Origin: Monocercomonoides exilis PA203 | Lineage: Eukaryota; Protista; Preaxostyla | Reading direction: 5' to 3' | DNA: 64,000 nt | Assembly (NCBI GenBank): GCA_001643675.2 | Contig: LSRY02000019.1 | Span: 930,001 to 994,000, forward strand | Part shown: in pieces, positions 40,515 through 54,224 of the stretch | Layout of the letters: each line of letters opens with the position of its first letter | Position numbering within the stretch: the first letter of the stretch is position 1 | The notes under the pieces: generated by a model | Told to the model about the DNA's origin: nothing | What the model saw: only the letters and a program-made list of their open reading frames with translations | Database searches by the model: none | Position numbers and translations under genes: made by a program

Positions 40515-40622
40515 CCTGGGAGGCTGATTCTGGACCCAAAGCCTTCAAGGGATTGTGCTGGACCGGTCACAGCACAATCCCAGGACGGAATCAGCCTAGC
40601 CCCATTTTTGCATATAAGCAAA
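40515..40622 (-). ncRNA. Candidate structured RNA motif, copy B, ~145 nt downstream of the USP-transposase stop
   Basis: Nested stems GGCTGATTC/GAATCAGCC and GGGATTGTGCTG/CAGCACAATCCC, plus a TTTGC/GCAAA hairpin. Co-varies with copy A. Confidence 0.65.
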
Positions 40623-40766
40623 TATAAGGGTACCCAGATAAAAATGCTTTACACATTTATATCTGAGCTTGAGCAGCGGACATTTCAAAAAACTCATCAA
40701 AAAAATAAACAAAATTTCATAAAAACACAACAAAAATACTCAAATATTATTAGCTGGATTAAAGAA

Positions 40767-43700
40767 CTATAATTTATCAAGCTTTTCCCTCTCTTTGTAC
40801 ATTCTTTTCGTGTTTATTCCAGGTGACAAAGAAGTTGATTTATGATAATACTCCTTTGATGTTTTTTTTGGGCGCTCATCTCTTTCTCTTTTTTCTCGAA
40901 ATGCTGTTGCAAATATTCCTTTTGAATTGAATGGAGATGAAACCGATCGAAATATTTAATTTCCGCGCTTTTCATAAAATAAATATGTCTTCAAAGAACT
41001 GACCACCATTTTTTTCCATAGAATTTTGTTGGATGGGTTGTGCCTGTTATTAATCAAAAAACATATAAAAGATGTTTCAAATAAAAATGCAAGTGAATTA
41101 AAAATGAAAACAAATAAAAAGCAAACTTCAGAAAGTTACGGTGAGTTTTGGAACAATTGGAAATATGGTTGTCATCACATGAACCCGTGTGACAGGAATA
41201 AATTTCAAAAAATTTTATAAGTTCATCGATATTGCCAATTACAGTATTGTTATCCAATTTGTTATTAATGCATTGCGAAAGATGCCCGAACTCTCCGTCG
41301 CACTCGCACTTTCCGTGCTTTTCGCAAAAGAATGACAAAGATATTGTTTTATCCTTTGCAAACGAAGAATTGTTCGAAAGAAGAAAGTGCATCAGTTGAG
41401 AGTTTCTGAAATGTGATCCTGTATCACACATGAATCGAAATACTTTCTTTTTTTCAAAAATCGGATTAAATAAGACTTGTTGCAGACATTCTATTGTGAA
41501 CTTGAAGTTATGGGACAAAACGTTAGAAAAAAAGTTGAAAATGTGTTTCACTTTGTTTTCGTTTTCATCTTTCAAGTACGCTATAACACAGAATTGAGAC
41601 ACTTCGACTTTGTTGTAAAAATCTCGACTTATTTGATTCTTTCTGATGGGTAAGGACCAGTTTTCTTTGTAATCAAACAATAGAAGAGCCTCATCCTGTG
41701 TTAAATTATTTTTCAAGTGTCGAAAGAATTGTTGTTGATTATTGGCCAATATGCGGTGTTTTTCAATCAGTTGTTTTGTTGCTTTCTCTTCGTTGTTCAG
41801 TTGATCAGAACGTTGGAATAAAAGCTTCTCCTTATTCTTTAGTGAAGAGTACACCTCACACAAATCACAGACGTCCGTTCTTCTCGTTGCTCTTTTTAAG
41901 CGTAGGGTCCTTTTGTAGAATTGACTTTTTGACATTTTTATCTTTGTTTCCTTAACAAACTTTTCATATAATTCTGATTTTGGAACATTGATAATCCTGA
42001 TAGGTTGCTTTGAACATTGAAGATTTTCTTGTTCATGTGAAGGAATAAGAGTTTTTCCAATTTCTCTGATGTCTGTGTTGTTCACTGGATTTCTTGTCGA
42101 AAATGATAGTTTTGAAGAATCGATTGATTCATTTGGAACATGTTTTGAAATGTTGTTTATCGAATGATTGTTTGAATGAATTGTTTCAAAATTATTGGAC
42201 GAAGCATTTTTTGGAGCATTTGTGTCTTTCCGATTTGTTGGAGAATGATGAACATGCTTATCATGAAATGAAATGTTAGGAAAATTGTCTCTATTTTCTT
42301 CTGAAGTGTTGTTTGATTTTGATTGTGATGATGAAGAGAAGGACGTTGATGAAACTTGAGAATTATGAAGTGGTTGGGATATCAAAGATGATTCGCTGGA
42401 TGAAACATCTGTTGGTGAAGTGAAGTTTTTTGATATTGAATGATGTGGATGAAGTGATTGAACTCTATTTTGCCCTCTCTCTTCATTGCTCACTTGAAAA
42501 GCAACATCATCATGAAATGAGTGAGAGTTGTGACAGGTGATAGGCTGATAATAATCGTTCGAAAAATGATAGTCAAGCAAATTAGGCGATAAAATATCTG
42601 GTACAATTGCTTCAACATTGCTGTCAACTTTTTTGTACACAGAAAGAATTGGATTCGATCCCATATTTATTTGCGTTTCCATCACGTCTTTTATGTAATC
42701 GTGAACGGGCGTAACAGCTTCATCGTTGCACATGAACCATACACTTGAATTTTCTGTTGGTATATTGGAACACTTTCCACTTCGGCACATTGAGTAAAAA
42801 TGTCCATGTTCGTTATCTCCCTGATAGAATAGTTGTGCAATCAAAATGTGTTAACACACACTTCCTTCACAGCTTTCACAGACTTGCAAAGAATCACCTT
42901 CATTGAAAAATGATAAATATTCAGAAATTTTGAAACAATTATATCTATCATTTATTTCTGGTTCCATGGTTATTGATAATATTTGCGGGAATTGTTCCAT
43001 TTTCATGTGAGAATATTGAAAAGTTTCTGACTGACAGCGCTCACAGAAAGCATATCTGTTGTTCTGGTTGCTGGTCCCCATTTTGAATGAAGCATTAAAC
43101 GCTTCGGTGCAACTGGATCCAACGAGTCGAATTATTGGAGTTGGCTCACATGGGCCATTCATAACGCAATGACATTTTGAACATTGTCTTGGAAATGACA
43201 ATCTTGTATTCAATTGATGTGCAAAGTTCGGAAGGATAACCGATAAATCATTGAATAAATCCAAGAAAGTTTCATAGAATTCTTGTTGCGTTCCTTCTCT
43301 GAGTTTATGCCTTTTTTCAAATTGTTGAAGAAATAATGGTGACCATCTTTGTTTCAATTGTGAATTCTTTGTTTTGATAGTTATTACTTTAGAAACGAGA
43401 TATGAAAGATTTGAAAAATAAGAAGTGAACGTTCCATTTCGAAGTGGTAAATCTGGACATTGAACAATAATTGCTCGAAATATTTGAATTTGTGAAGCCA
43501 TATAACAACTGTTTCCAAAATTTGGTAAGCTGAAAAAAATTACTCCTTCATCTTCGTTTTCATTATCCCGAGAAGCAAGTTCCTGATCAACAATCATATT
43601 CTGATCTGAATGTTTGTCAAGCACATCCATCATTATGTCAGAGGAATCGTAACTAATTATATCTTCTTCAACGTCCATTGATATGCTATGATCATTATTT

Positions 43701-44745
43701 TCCGTAATTTCTTGATATTCCTCATTCTCATAGAAATTCTCTATTTGTGAACTTTGACAATGACTTTGAGAAATATGATTATGTTCTCCTCGAAGATTAG
43801 TATGTGTCCTTGAAATGTCGTGTATATCTGATAAGCTATTGTTATCATTTGGATGTGTATCGATGTGTGTTCCAGAGATAATATTATTCTCTTCAAAATA
43901 ACTATTTTCTTGAAAATAATCTCCCAATGGATCAATGTCTATTTCCATGTTGTCTTCTCCATTCAATATCGCAAAATCATTGACATTTTCAATAATTTCC
44001 TCTTTGAGAAAAATTTGAATGCATTTTTTCAAAATTATAATATTCATTTAATCAAAATTTCATAATATTGCAAACTGGGTTTTGTACTTAAAATTCTTCG
44101 TGATGTCTCCGATGATTCAGTCGAATTCGCAAAAATAAATTCAGAAAATCTTTTTTCTTCTTCGTTGCTGAGTTCTTATGAAATTTTCAAAAAAAGAAAT
44201 TTATAATTAAATGAAACAAAAAAACAAACTTCTTTTCGATGGAGGCATTTTTGGTTTTTGTGCTCGAGATATTTCCAAAGATGTTGAAGAGCTGCTTTGC
44301 TTAGAATAATTGTAATTTCCTTGCGTGCAGTGGAATCCAAAGTCTTGCAGCTGATGAAATGAATATTCATGGCACACAGTCTTGAGGATAGTGACTTTCG
44401 TATGAGCGTTGTCTTCTGTATTGTATGCCGATGCAAGACGCATAATAACGTATTTATCCTTTTCTTTATGTAACAGTGAATAATAATAAAAAATGAATAT
44501 ATTTCTTTCAACAAAAAAAAAATACCGTTGAATATATTTTGCAACTCGGAAAACAATTTCTTTCCTTTGTTTGTGTGAGCAAACATGTAAGTCAAGCAGT
44601 TAACTAAATCTTCCCCTGATATGTCATTCAAATATTCCCAAACAGCATTACACTTCTCGCTTTTTCTTGATGGAGAAAGCAATGAAAATTTCTTTTTTTC
44701 CATTCGGAGTTCAGAAAAAAATGTCTCAGCAAACGAGAGGTCCAA
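40767..44745 (-). mobile_element. Sola-like DDD transposase gene fused to a USP (peptidase C19) deubiquitinase domain; has introns and in-frame TAA codons
   Basis: USP Cys box LPNFGNSCYMASQIQ, QQEFYE, CxxC fingers and His box GHFYSMCR..WFMCNDEAV. Then RTDVCDLCE, FDYKENW, CDTGSHFRN and FFCEKHGKCECDGEFGHL. ORFs 42851-44047 and 41054-42844 are in the same frame, separated by one TAA. Confidence 0.75.
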
Positions 44746-47700
44746 TTAAAGGGAATTGTTGTATTATTTATATTTCGTTCAATGAAATTCATTTCAGATT
44801 GCATAGAAGTGTTGCAATTATTCAATCTCATTTTGTGGAGAACTTGAATTTCACATATATTTTTTAGTTAACTTTTTGTGTTTTATAGAGTCAATGATAA
44901 TATTTTTTTCAATTCACTGATCGATTCATCTTATTTCAAAATAATTAGAAGAAAACAATTTGCAGACTTATTAATCACATGTTTTCCAAAGCAAATGATA
45001 TTAATGAAAGCCCAAATAATCGCAAAAGCAAACAATCCGAAGAAAGAGAATGATAACATTCATTCGATGTTATGAAAAAAGAATAAGTTTTGGTTTGCAA
45101 TGAGAGTGACAAAAAATAAATAAAAGGAAGCACTTCATTCAGACTGCTAAGCTTTCACAAAGTATGAACTGAAAAGAATTAAAGAATTCCATAAGGTTAC
45201 TGAAATAGCTATTTCCTATTTTTTTATAGACGATACACTTTTGTTTTCATCTCATTCTTCCTCTTTATCTTCGTCATTTTACTGAACATTTAGTCATTCG
45301 ACTCCAATTTCAGTTGATTATGCACAAATTCTTAAATATTATCAGGGAATGCAAACAAACAGAAAAAAGATTTTGATGAAGCATTCATTTCAGTCAGTTC
45401 AGTTGAAGAGATTCCTTTTTATTTTTTATACAGTCTTCTTCAATAACAAAACATTCTTCGTTTTTCACAGAAATTGATGTTTATTCATCATTATCAACAA
45501 TTGCTTTATCATCTCTTCCTCTTTTCTTTCTCCTTCTTCTTTTCTTCGTTTTCTATCTCCATCTGTAACTTCTCCATTGAAGCCGCTAACTTTCTGCAGC
45601 AGATGCCCGGCTTCCACTCCTTCATCTTTACATAAATAAATTTTCATTCATTCAAATTTTAACGTTTTTTTGTTAAACGTTATTAAAGAACCAAGAGTCA
45701 ACATTTTCAATCTTGGAATTTCTGTTTTCATAAGTTGGTTTGAGATCATCAAGCACATAAATCAACTGTGCAATAAACTGCAAGCAGCGCTCTTTCTTGA
45801 ACAACGTCTTTTGATGAACAGAATTCAATAGCGAAAAAAATGAAAAACGCAAAATAAGAGAGTCATGAAAGAAATTTCTTTTCCTCAGAAAATAAACCTG
45901 TCTCTTTCATTTCTTCTTCCCTTTTCAATATCTCTTTTCCCTTCCATTTTCACCATTTCTTTCAACCTTCCCCTCAACAGCGAGCTCCTCTATCTCATCC
46001 CTTCTCTCCATTCTCGCTCCTTCCCTTCCTTCTACCCCTTCCTGTCTGTTGCCATTCAGTCTGTGAATGCCCTCCAATCTCGCTGGATGTCCTCTGCAAA
46101 ACGCTCGCTGCTGAACATCCAGCGCTGCCAGCTTTCCGATGGGAACATCACAATTGAGCAGATGGGAATCGAAGAGACGTTGATTCCATCCAATGCCCGC
46201 TCAACCCACTTATTGACTTTCATTTGCTGAGATTCTGTCAGGAGCTTATTCAACTGAGGCAATCTTCGTTCGTTTGGATGACGTACTCACAATCGTTCTT
46301 GGGGATGGAGAGTGCCAACAGCAAGAGAGAAAGGAAGATGAAGAAAAGGTTCATCAAGTGTTTGCAAAAGCAGATTGAGATTTCAGAGATAGTGTCAGAC
46401 ATTTGCAATATGAAGAATTATGGAGGAGATGACATTCAGCCGATATTAAAATATTCTGCGTTTGGCTCAGATTGACAAGGCGTTTTTGAAGGTGTTGAAT
46501 GAGAAGAGTGTGTTTTGCCAAAGAAAAAAAATGAAGATGAAAGAAAATGAAGAAGAAAAGATGAAAATGTGATTGGGACGACATTGAAGATAATATGAAA
46601 GAAGGAGAAAAAGAAGAGGAAGAGCCTTTTCAGCAACATCAGAAGCAGACAGATGCATATTCAGATAGAGCAAGAAGAGCAAGGTGCTGATGGGGCCTCT
46701 TGACTGTTGTTGTCAATGATCTGGAGTTGTTTGAAGGTTCATTTTGCAAAGCGAAGCAGAACACAATGAGCTGCAATTGCAAAACTTCCATTGTTTATCA
46801 ATCGCAGAAGAAACCATCTGAAACCGAATGGGAAAGGCCTTCGCGACATTTATCTCGATTGTTTCTGAGAAGAAGTCAGATTCGTTTAAAATTTGTTAAA
46901 TTTATGAGTTTTATGTGATCACTTTTCCAATCGTTTCATCTTTGTTGGATTCGAAAACTTTTGCAGATATTTCTTCTTTTTCAGAAATAAAGAATTGGAT
47001 TGTTCTGCGCTGCTTCCATCTCTTTGGCAGAAGAAAAAAAAAGAAAAAAGCTTGAATAACTTGCCATCAGAGGCAGATAAGAAGATTGGTTCAAACAAAG
47101 TTGCTCATTCAGATAATTGCTGAAAAGAAAAATATGTCAGAGCTTAATTCATTTCAGCAGAAATCTCCATAAGCCAACTCTGAAGCAGATGATGAATCAG
47201 ACAACACAACGCAGATCTGTTCACCTTCAACACTTGTTCTTTCAAGTCCAAATTCTGAAGCACAATTACAGCTTCATGCTGATCAACACTTTCAACCCGT
47301 TAATAATGCAGAATTGTGATATTTGCAGTTGGCATTGTTTCATTTTTGATAATCTCAGTATGCTAAAATATTTCTCGAATTAAACTCCAATGAATGGAAG
47401 TCTGACTGATTTGATATGCGGAAGAATTTTTTTGAGAGTATCTATGAAACAAACAACAAAGATATATAAATCTCTCGACAAAAGAGCCTGTTCACCTCTA
47501 TCTTTCACTTCTTTGGAATTTTAACCATTTTTTAATTAAAAAGAACAAAAAGAAATAAACCTATAAAGCAAAACTGTTCTTTCTCAATGCTTTTATCTCG
47601 TCATCTACGAAATCACTTCATTTGTTTTAGCTTTTTCTATTAGATAATGGAACACTGAAAATTTCTTCTCATTCTATTTTAACATTATTGATCAGAAAAT

Positions 47701-48330
47701 CAAATTTTTCTTTAATAGGAGTGGATCCGAAGTTTTAACACATTCTGTTTCAAAAGATACACCAAAAAAAATAGTCTTCAAAAAGAATTCTTTGTTTAAT
47801 CAAGTAAAGCTGATCAGAAGGCATGCAACAGAAAACGGAGATCAAATCGGATTATTCATTTTGAAGTTGAAAGAGGCTTTGAAAAAAAAATGAACGTTGA
47901 AATGATTTTTGTTTTGAATGGATTGGTTCAAAAATAGTCTTCGACATGCTTCACTGCTTCAAAACCACTGTGAATTGAAAAGATGAAACGATAAGGGAAA
48001 GCGCTTTTGAGGAAAAAGGCTTATTTGAAGAGAAATCATATGATTTTTTGGAGCAAATCGGATAAATGCATATTGAAATCGAAAAGTTAAAGAAATAAAT
48101 GTTTTTGAAGAACTTTCTGATATGATTGAAGAAATGAAAACGGATGATTGCTTTAGCAACGAGCTTTTTTTTCATTTGATGAAAAAGTTAAATTAAATGG
48201 AAAATGACGAAGAAATAATATAACCTGTGCTGATTTTGGGCTCTATGAAAGATAAGTGATGATATATGCTCTTGTTGAAAATGCAATGAAGGTGCAAAGA
48301 TTTTTCGATGATATGGAAAATTTAAAAAAA

Positions 48331-50244
48331 TTAGGATAAGAAATAATTGAGGAAATAATATGAAATTAGAAAGAGGATATCGTTTTCAGTGATTTTTGTA
48401 TCAGATGCTCTGAAGGTAAATGTTTGAAGAGGAACAAATGTTGAGGTGAGGAGGGTGAGAGAGGCATCTTGGAGGAGGCAAATGAAGCCGTTGAGGGCAT
48501 ACTCGATGGTAGCACATGGGGTCTGTTGGTGTCTGCCACAGGCATCAGAATTAGTTCCATTGCTGGCAACGATTTTGTTCTGAGCAATGAGGGGGAGCCA
48601 GCCATTGTACACAGTGTTATCAGTTGTATTGTTATTCCAGACTCTTTGCGTTAGAGTTGTTGAACCGCAATTCTCAAATGGAGATTGTGTGATGCTGCTT
48701 CCACTGAAGAACACATCGTTCCCCCTTCCATTAGTCGCAGTGTTGCCATCGAAAAAACAGAATGTGATGAAATTTACTCCATTCATCCAAGAATATGGTG
48801 GAAGGAAGCAAATTGCAGCTCCTCCATATGTCGAAGAAGCAGTCAATTTATTGTTTGTAAATTGGAAATCATCAACCAAAAACTGAGTTGAGTTGATTCC
48901 TGGGGGATTTCAAAATGTTAAAGAACCGGCAGAATCGCCACCTGAGTTTGAAATGCACTTGCATTTCGAAAACAGGAATTGTGTATTTGACGGCATGTTT
49001 TCGAGCTTGAAATACCACCCCGTTCCACACCAATCTGCTATTGAACAATTTTCAACCTTATCTTCTGAGAATATCCAAACAGAATTAGGTTGATTGCAAT
49101 ACAAATAAGCAGCTCCTGCATGAGCAGCTGAACAGCTTGTGAAATTGGATTTTGCGATATCAACTTTTAACAAATAATCGCAATATAACGCTCCACCATG
49201 ATTTGTATTTGAACAATTATCGAATGAGCAAGAAATAATCGTGAGATTTGCATTTGTACAGACAACAAAGAGTGCACCACCTGCAGATCCATTTCCGCTA
49301 TACGAATCGTTCCATTCGCACCACTCAAAGAGATAGCTGTTCAATTCAGTAAAGGACAATCTACCAGGTTTCGCTCTTTGGGTTTCGGATCCGTAATATT
49401 TTACAAGATCATTTGGAGAAGATCGTGCTTGGTGGAGAAAAGAAACATTGAAGGCAGAGAGAGAAGTGAATGGGCTGTTGAGATTTGGGAGAATGGTTCC
49501 ATCGATGGGGTTGTGAGTGTGGATAAAGATGGTTGAATGGATGGAGAGGGATGAATGAAGAGAGAAGGAAGGGATTGTTTTGGTGTTGGTGTTGGTGGAA
49601 GAGAGAGAAGAGGAAGAGGTGATTGAGGTGAATGGGTTGAGTGAATGTGAGGGAAGGAATGGAAGAGATGAATGAGATTGGGGAGAGGAGATGTTGGAGA
49701 AGAGGGTGTTTGAGAGATGGAGATGGAGGTGGATTTGGAGGTGGGGATGGGATTGGTGATAGACATGGAGAGGGGAAGGGGAAGAGGAAGAGGAAATCGA
49801 ATGAGAAAGGGAAGGAGAAGGGGAAGGGGAAGAAGATGATGAGGATGAGAATGAGGAAGATGAAGGAGAAGGGGAAAGGGAAGGAGATGGAGAAGGGGAT
49901 GGGGAAGAAAGGGAAGAAGGAGAAAAAAGGAAAGGCTGTATGAGGGAGACGAAAGAGGAGAAAGAGGAGCGGGAGATGGAGAAGGAGGCAGGGATTGGGG
50001 AGTGGGCATGTGGGATGAGATTGTTTGGGGTGGAGAAGAGGGGGAAGGAGAAGATGGCTGGTTGGTGGGTGGTGAGGGAGAAGTTTGTGAGGGAGAGGGA
50101 GGAATGGGCAGAGAGGAAAAGTTGATTGTTTGTTGCTGGATGAATATGGCAAGCAGAAGAGAAGATGGTGGCAGCTGAGTGGTGTTGGGCAGTGAGGAGT
50201 GGACAACCAGTGAGAGGGATGAGGTTGAGATGGCTCACACACAA
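48331..50244 (-). pseudogene. Beta-helix surface protein with Ser-rich N-terminus; in-frame TGA at 48910-48912; 3' truncated
   Basis: GGALFV, GGALYC, GNDVFF and CG...PCATIEYAL motifs. The two ORFs are in the same frame. Confidence 0.8.
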
Positions 50245-51431
50245 GGAGGTGTTGATGAGGGCGAGGCTTGACTTAACACAACAAATGCAATTTCAAGAAA
50301 ATAATTGTTCATTTATTGTTATTCGCTATATTTTCGAACTTTGAGCAAACAAAATGCCAAGAATCAGATTATATGAAAAATATAATGATAAAAGTTATGT
50401 TCATTTTTCAATAATCGTTTAATTCTTCTTTTTAAAATAAAAAGATTTTGTGAAAAAATTCTTAAAATGTTATCACTTTAATAACAAATTTTAATTTCTG
50501 TCAACTATTTGTCTTCGAACAAGAATTATTGTTATTTTCACATATAACTCAATAAATAACATTGATTGGATAATCACAGAAAAAGAAAGAAATGAAATAT
50601 GTTTTTTCATCACGTGTTTATGTTAAAATTGTTTGTAAGAAATTGAAACTCCAAAAGAATGTTTTTTAACAATTACTCTTGAACTCATATACGATAACTT
50701 AATATGCTTCAAAAATTGGTTTTTAATAAAGATCATTAATAGCTGATACAATTGGACATAACTCCTCTTCGAACTATTTATTCTTTGCTTGAAAAAATGC
50801 AAAAAAGCATTTGCTTTTTATTTTATAAAATTATTTATTCTTTGATCAATTGTTTTTTTGAAAAAATTTTTGAAAGTATTCCTTTTTCAAAATTATTGGG
50901 AAAAATGTCATTTTTTTATATAATAACTTAGAATTTTATCATATTATCTCGAATTTTCTCCAACTTTTAATATCCGAAAAATTTCAATACAGATTAATGA
51001 TTTCGAAAATAATGTCCCAATTATAATTGTTTGGAGTTTTCTATATTTTCAATCACAAATAAATGCTCAATGAACAGTTCGATGAAAATAAATTAAATGT
51101 CATTGATAAAGTTTGGAAAGTTACAAATAAAAAGAATAACATGAAAAAAGAGAAAAAAATATAGCAAAGTCAAACATAATTTGTGTAACTATAAGCGGTG
51201 CATTGTTTAATACATCAATCAACCTTCAATTCTTCCGCGTTCGCACAAAAAACTTTAAAATCAGATTCAAATATTTAATTATGGGATTGATCAAAAATTA
51301 TTTTCTTATAAAAATTTGAAGATATTTCAAAGAACTGCTCCACCCAAAAGTGTTGTTTTTTTATGCTATTTATTTCCATGCTATTATTGTTCAAAATATC
51401 TTTAAATTGAAGGAGGTATTATTCTACACTT

Positions 51432-52784
51432 ATGCCGCGAGGACACCCGAAAAAAGCTGTGGTTCCAATTGTCAATGCAAAAGAGAAAAAAAAGTACAAT
51501 CAGCTACCTAATAACATAAGGAATTTGCTAAAAGCGGACAAGAAGGATGGAAAGACTCTCGCAGAATTAACAGAAAAATACAATGTGAGCATTTCAACAG
51601 TTTCAAAGACAGTGCACGAAGATGAGCCTCCTAAACAGCGAGTAAAATAGGTTTACGAGAAGATTACAAAAGAGGCATCCAAAAAAATGACAGAAATAAT
51701 TCTACAAAAACCAATGGTTACAGCAAAAGAATTGGCAAGCTCTGTTGCAGATGTTTCTTCATCACCGCCTTCGGCTTCAGCAGTTACAAAGCATATAAAA
51801 TCTAAAAAAATGGAAGAGCATGAATGTCAGGTGTTCTCAGTTAAAAGATAAAGAAAATATGAAAATAAAAGGGTAGATGAAAATACTATGCAATTTAGTA
51901 AAGAATACGTTAAAAGATTTTTACAAAGCCAGGAAGACGGAAGGATGATAATTTGCAAAGATGACACAGGATTTCAAAAGCTTGAACTGCAAACAAAAGG
52001 GCATTCACGAGTAGGCCAAAGATGAATTCAGTATCGTGAGAATACGAAAGTTGAAACGGAAACTGCAATTACATCGATATGTGAATTCTTCGGGATAACG
52101 CATGAAACATTTGTTGATTGAACTGTTAACGATCAAAGTTTTCAGGTGTTCTTGTTATCATTAATGGAAAAGCTTCAAATATTTGAAAAAGAATCATTCG
52201 TTTTCGTGATGGATAATGTTGGATAACACAAAACAAAAGAAGTGACTGATTTAATATCTTCAAAGAATTACGAAGTTCTTTACACTGCTCCAAATAGGTG
52301 TGAGTTGAATCCTATTGAATATGTATTTGGCATATGGAAATCACGCTTGACAATTCCAACAACCGTTCGTACAAGTGAACAACTGATTACGCATTTAAGC
52401 AAATCACTGGAAACAATTCCAAGAAAGGAAGTCTCCAGATGTTTAAATTTGGTTAAATGCCACTACCTTCCTTTGGCGCAACAGGGAAAGGATTTGAGTG
52501 AACTATTCTTCTTTCAAAGACTGGATTCTGGCGAAATACGAATTGAGGATATTACTGACGAAATAGAAGATAACCAAATTGTTCCTTGTTCATCAGCATC
52601 TGCTTCTGCTTCTTCTGCTGTATCTCCTTGTCACGTTCATCACAGCTTTGAACATGGTAATGCACATTTCTCTTCTCAAAAAGACCCCGAATTTCCTTCG
52701 TCTGTGATTGAGGTTCCTGATTCAAATTCGTCACAGGAAACAATTCATGAAAATGAAAAAAACAACGATATGGATGTTGACTAA
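51432..52784 (+). pseudogene. IS630/Tc1 (DDE_3) transposase pseudogene
   Basis: HTH (TLAELTEKYNVSISTVSK), DDTGF, FVMDN..H and YTAPNRCELNPIEYVFGIWKS, all in one frame with ~5 in-frame stops. Possible right end CGGTG|TA at 53136. Confidence 0.88.
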
Positions 52785-54224
52785 CAAATTGCTTTTTTAA
52801 TTTTAATTTTTTGTATTTTTTAATGAATGAGTGAAGTTTTTCTTTTTGTTGTTTTCTTTTCTTCACTTGATTGATTTGCTTTGAAAACAATGATAACTTA
52901 AAATATTTCGATCAAAATATTTTTGTGATCATTAATTATTGTTTATTTATGAATTCAATATAATTTCATTATTAAAAATCAACATCATTAAGAAAAAAAC
53001 AGTTTTTAAAAATTTGAAAACAAATGATTTTCGAATTTGAATTATTTTCTTTCGATTTTGAATTATTAATTTCGAAATTGAATTATTTTTTTCCGAATAT
53101 GAATTACTATTTTTCGAAATAGAATTATTTTCGGTGTAGTTAGTTAAATTAAAAAAATAAATAAATAAAAAATAATGAATAAAATTGAAATTAAATACTA
53201 AATAATTTAATAGTTTGTTTATTACAAAAATTATTATCAATCACTTACAATAGTCAAAAAAAAAAAGAAAAAAAAACCCTTCATTCCATTTTTTTACAAA
53301 TTATGCAGTGAACATTTTGCAAAAAAAATATTTTAATTTGAAAAAGAATTATCAATAGAATCGTTAAAAGAATAATTATCAGAAAATGAATCAGAAAATG
53401 TATTTTCAGAATTTAAATTACACACATGTGACATTCCTGTTTCACTTGTCAAGCTATTTGAATCCAAAGAATTATTTGAATTATTAAAACAATAATACTA
53501 AAATTCAAAACTTCTTTTTTTTTTATGAAAATTTAAAAATTTCATTCTATTTTCAATTACTTTCTTCACACCTTTTCCGAATTTTCCTTTTTCTAAAATA
53601 AAAATTTTATTTTTTTTTTATTATCATTTTTTTCATAAACTTTTCTTTTTTTGTTTCTTATTTTTTCAAAATTTTATATTCCATTTCAAACATACCTGAG
53701 CTATTTTCGCAGCTGATTGGCGAAACGAGAAGTTTCCCTGAATATTTTTTAAAAAACAAATAATTTTTCATCTCTTTTATTTTCATTTCATTCCAGTTTG
53801 TTTCTTTTAATTCTTTGTGACTAAATAAATAAATAGATAAATAGATAAATATAATATAATATAATAAAATACAAATTCACACCGTAAAAAATAATGCTTC
53901 GTTTCATTCTTGTTTTTAACCTGATTTTGAGAAGAAGAAGAAAAAATATTAGAAGAATAATTAAAGTTACTATTAAAAGAATCAGAAATGAAAAAAGATG
54001 AATTTTCAGAATTTGTGTTAAATAAATAAGAATTACAATTATAACAAAAAAAATCAATTAAATCAAAAATATTATTTAAAACTCTATTGCCAAGTTTATT
54101 ATTTATTAAATTTGTTAAAAAACCAAACTCACTATCACATTCATTTTTACCGTGATGTTCAGTAAAAAATGAAAGTGAGCAATGTTTATTTTTAAATAAA
54201 AAAGAATTATCAAAAAATATTAAA

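Noticed and set aside
40503-40606. RNase P/MRP RNA (GAAAGTCC; AATGGGGCT) or known ribozyme
   Set aside because: The two motifs lie on opposite strands and GAAAGTCC is absent from the second copy. No hammerhead, HDV or twister core in the right order.
40767-44745. Fanzor/TnpB nuclease partner for the RNA motif
   Set aside because: No RuvC-type Fanzor motifs recognised anywhere in the window.
51432-52784. Alternative genetic code explaining the stops in the Tc1 transposase
   Set aside because: Stops include TAG, TAA and TGA, consistent with ordinary pseudogenisation.
53880-54154. Small MITE (CACCGTAAAAA / TTTTTACCGTG)
   Set aside because: Short imperfect inverted repeat in AT-rich DNA, with no TSD.
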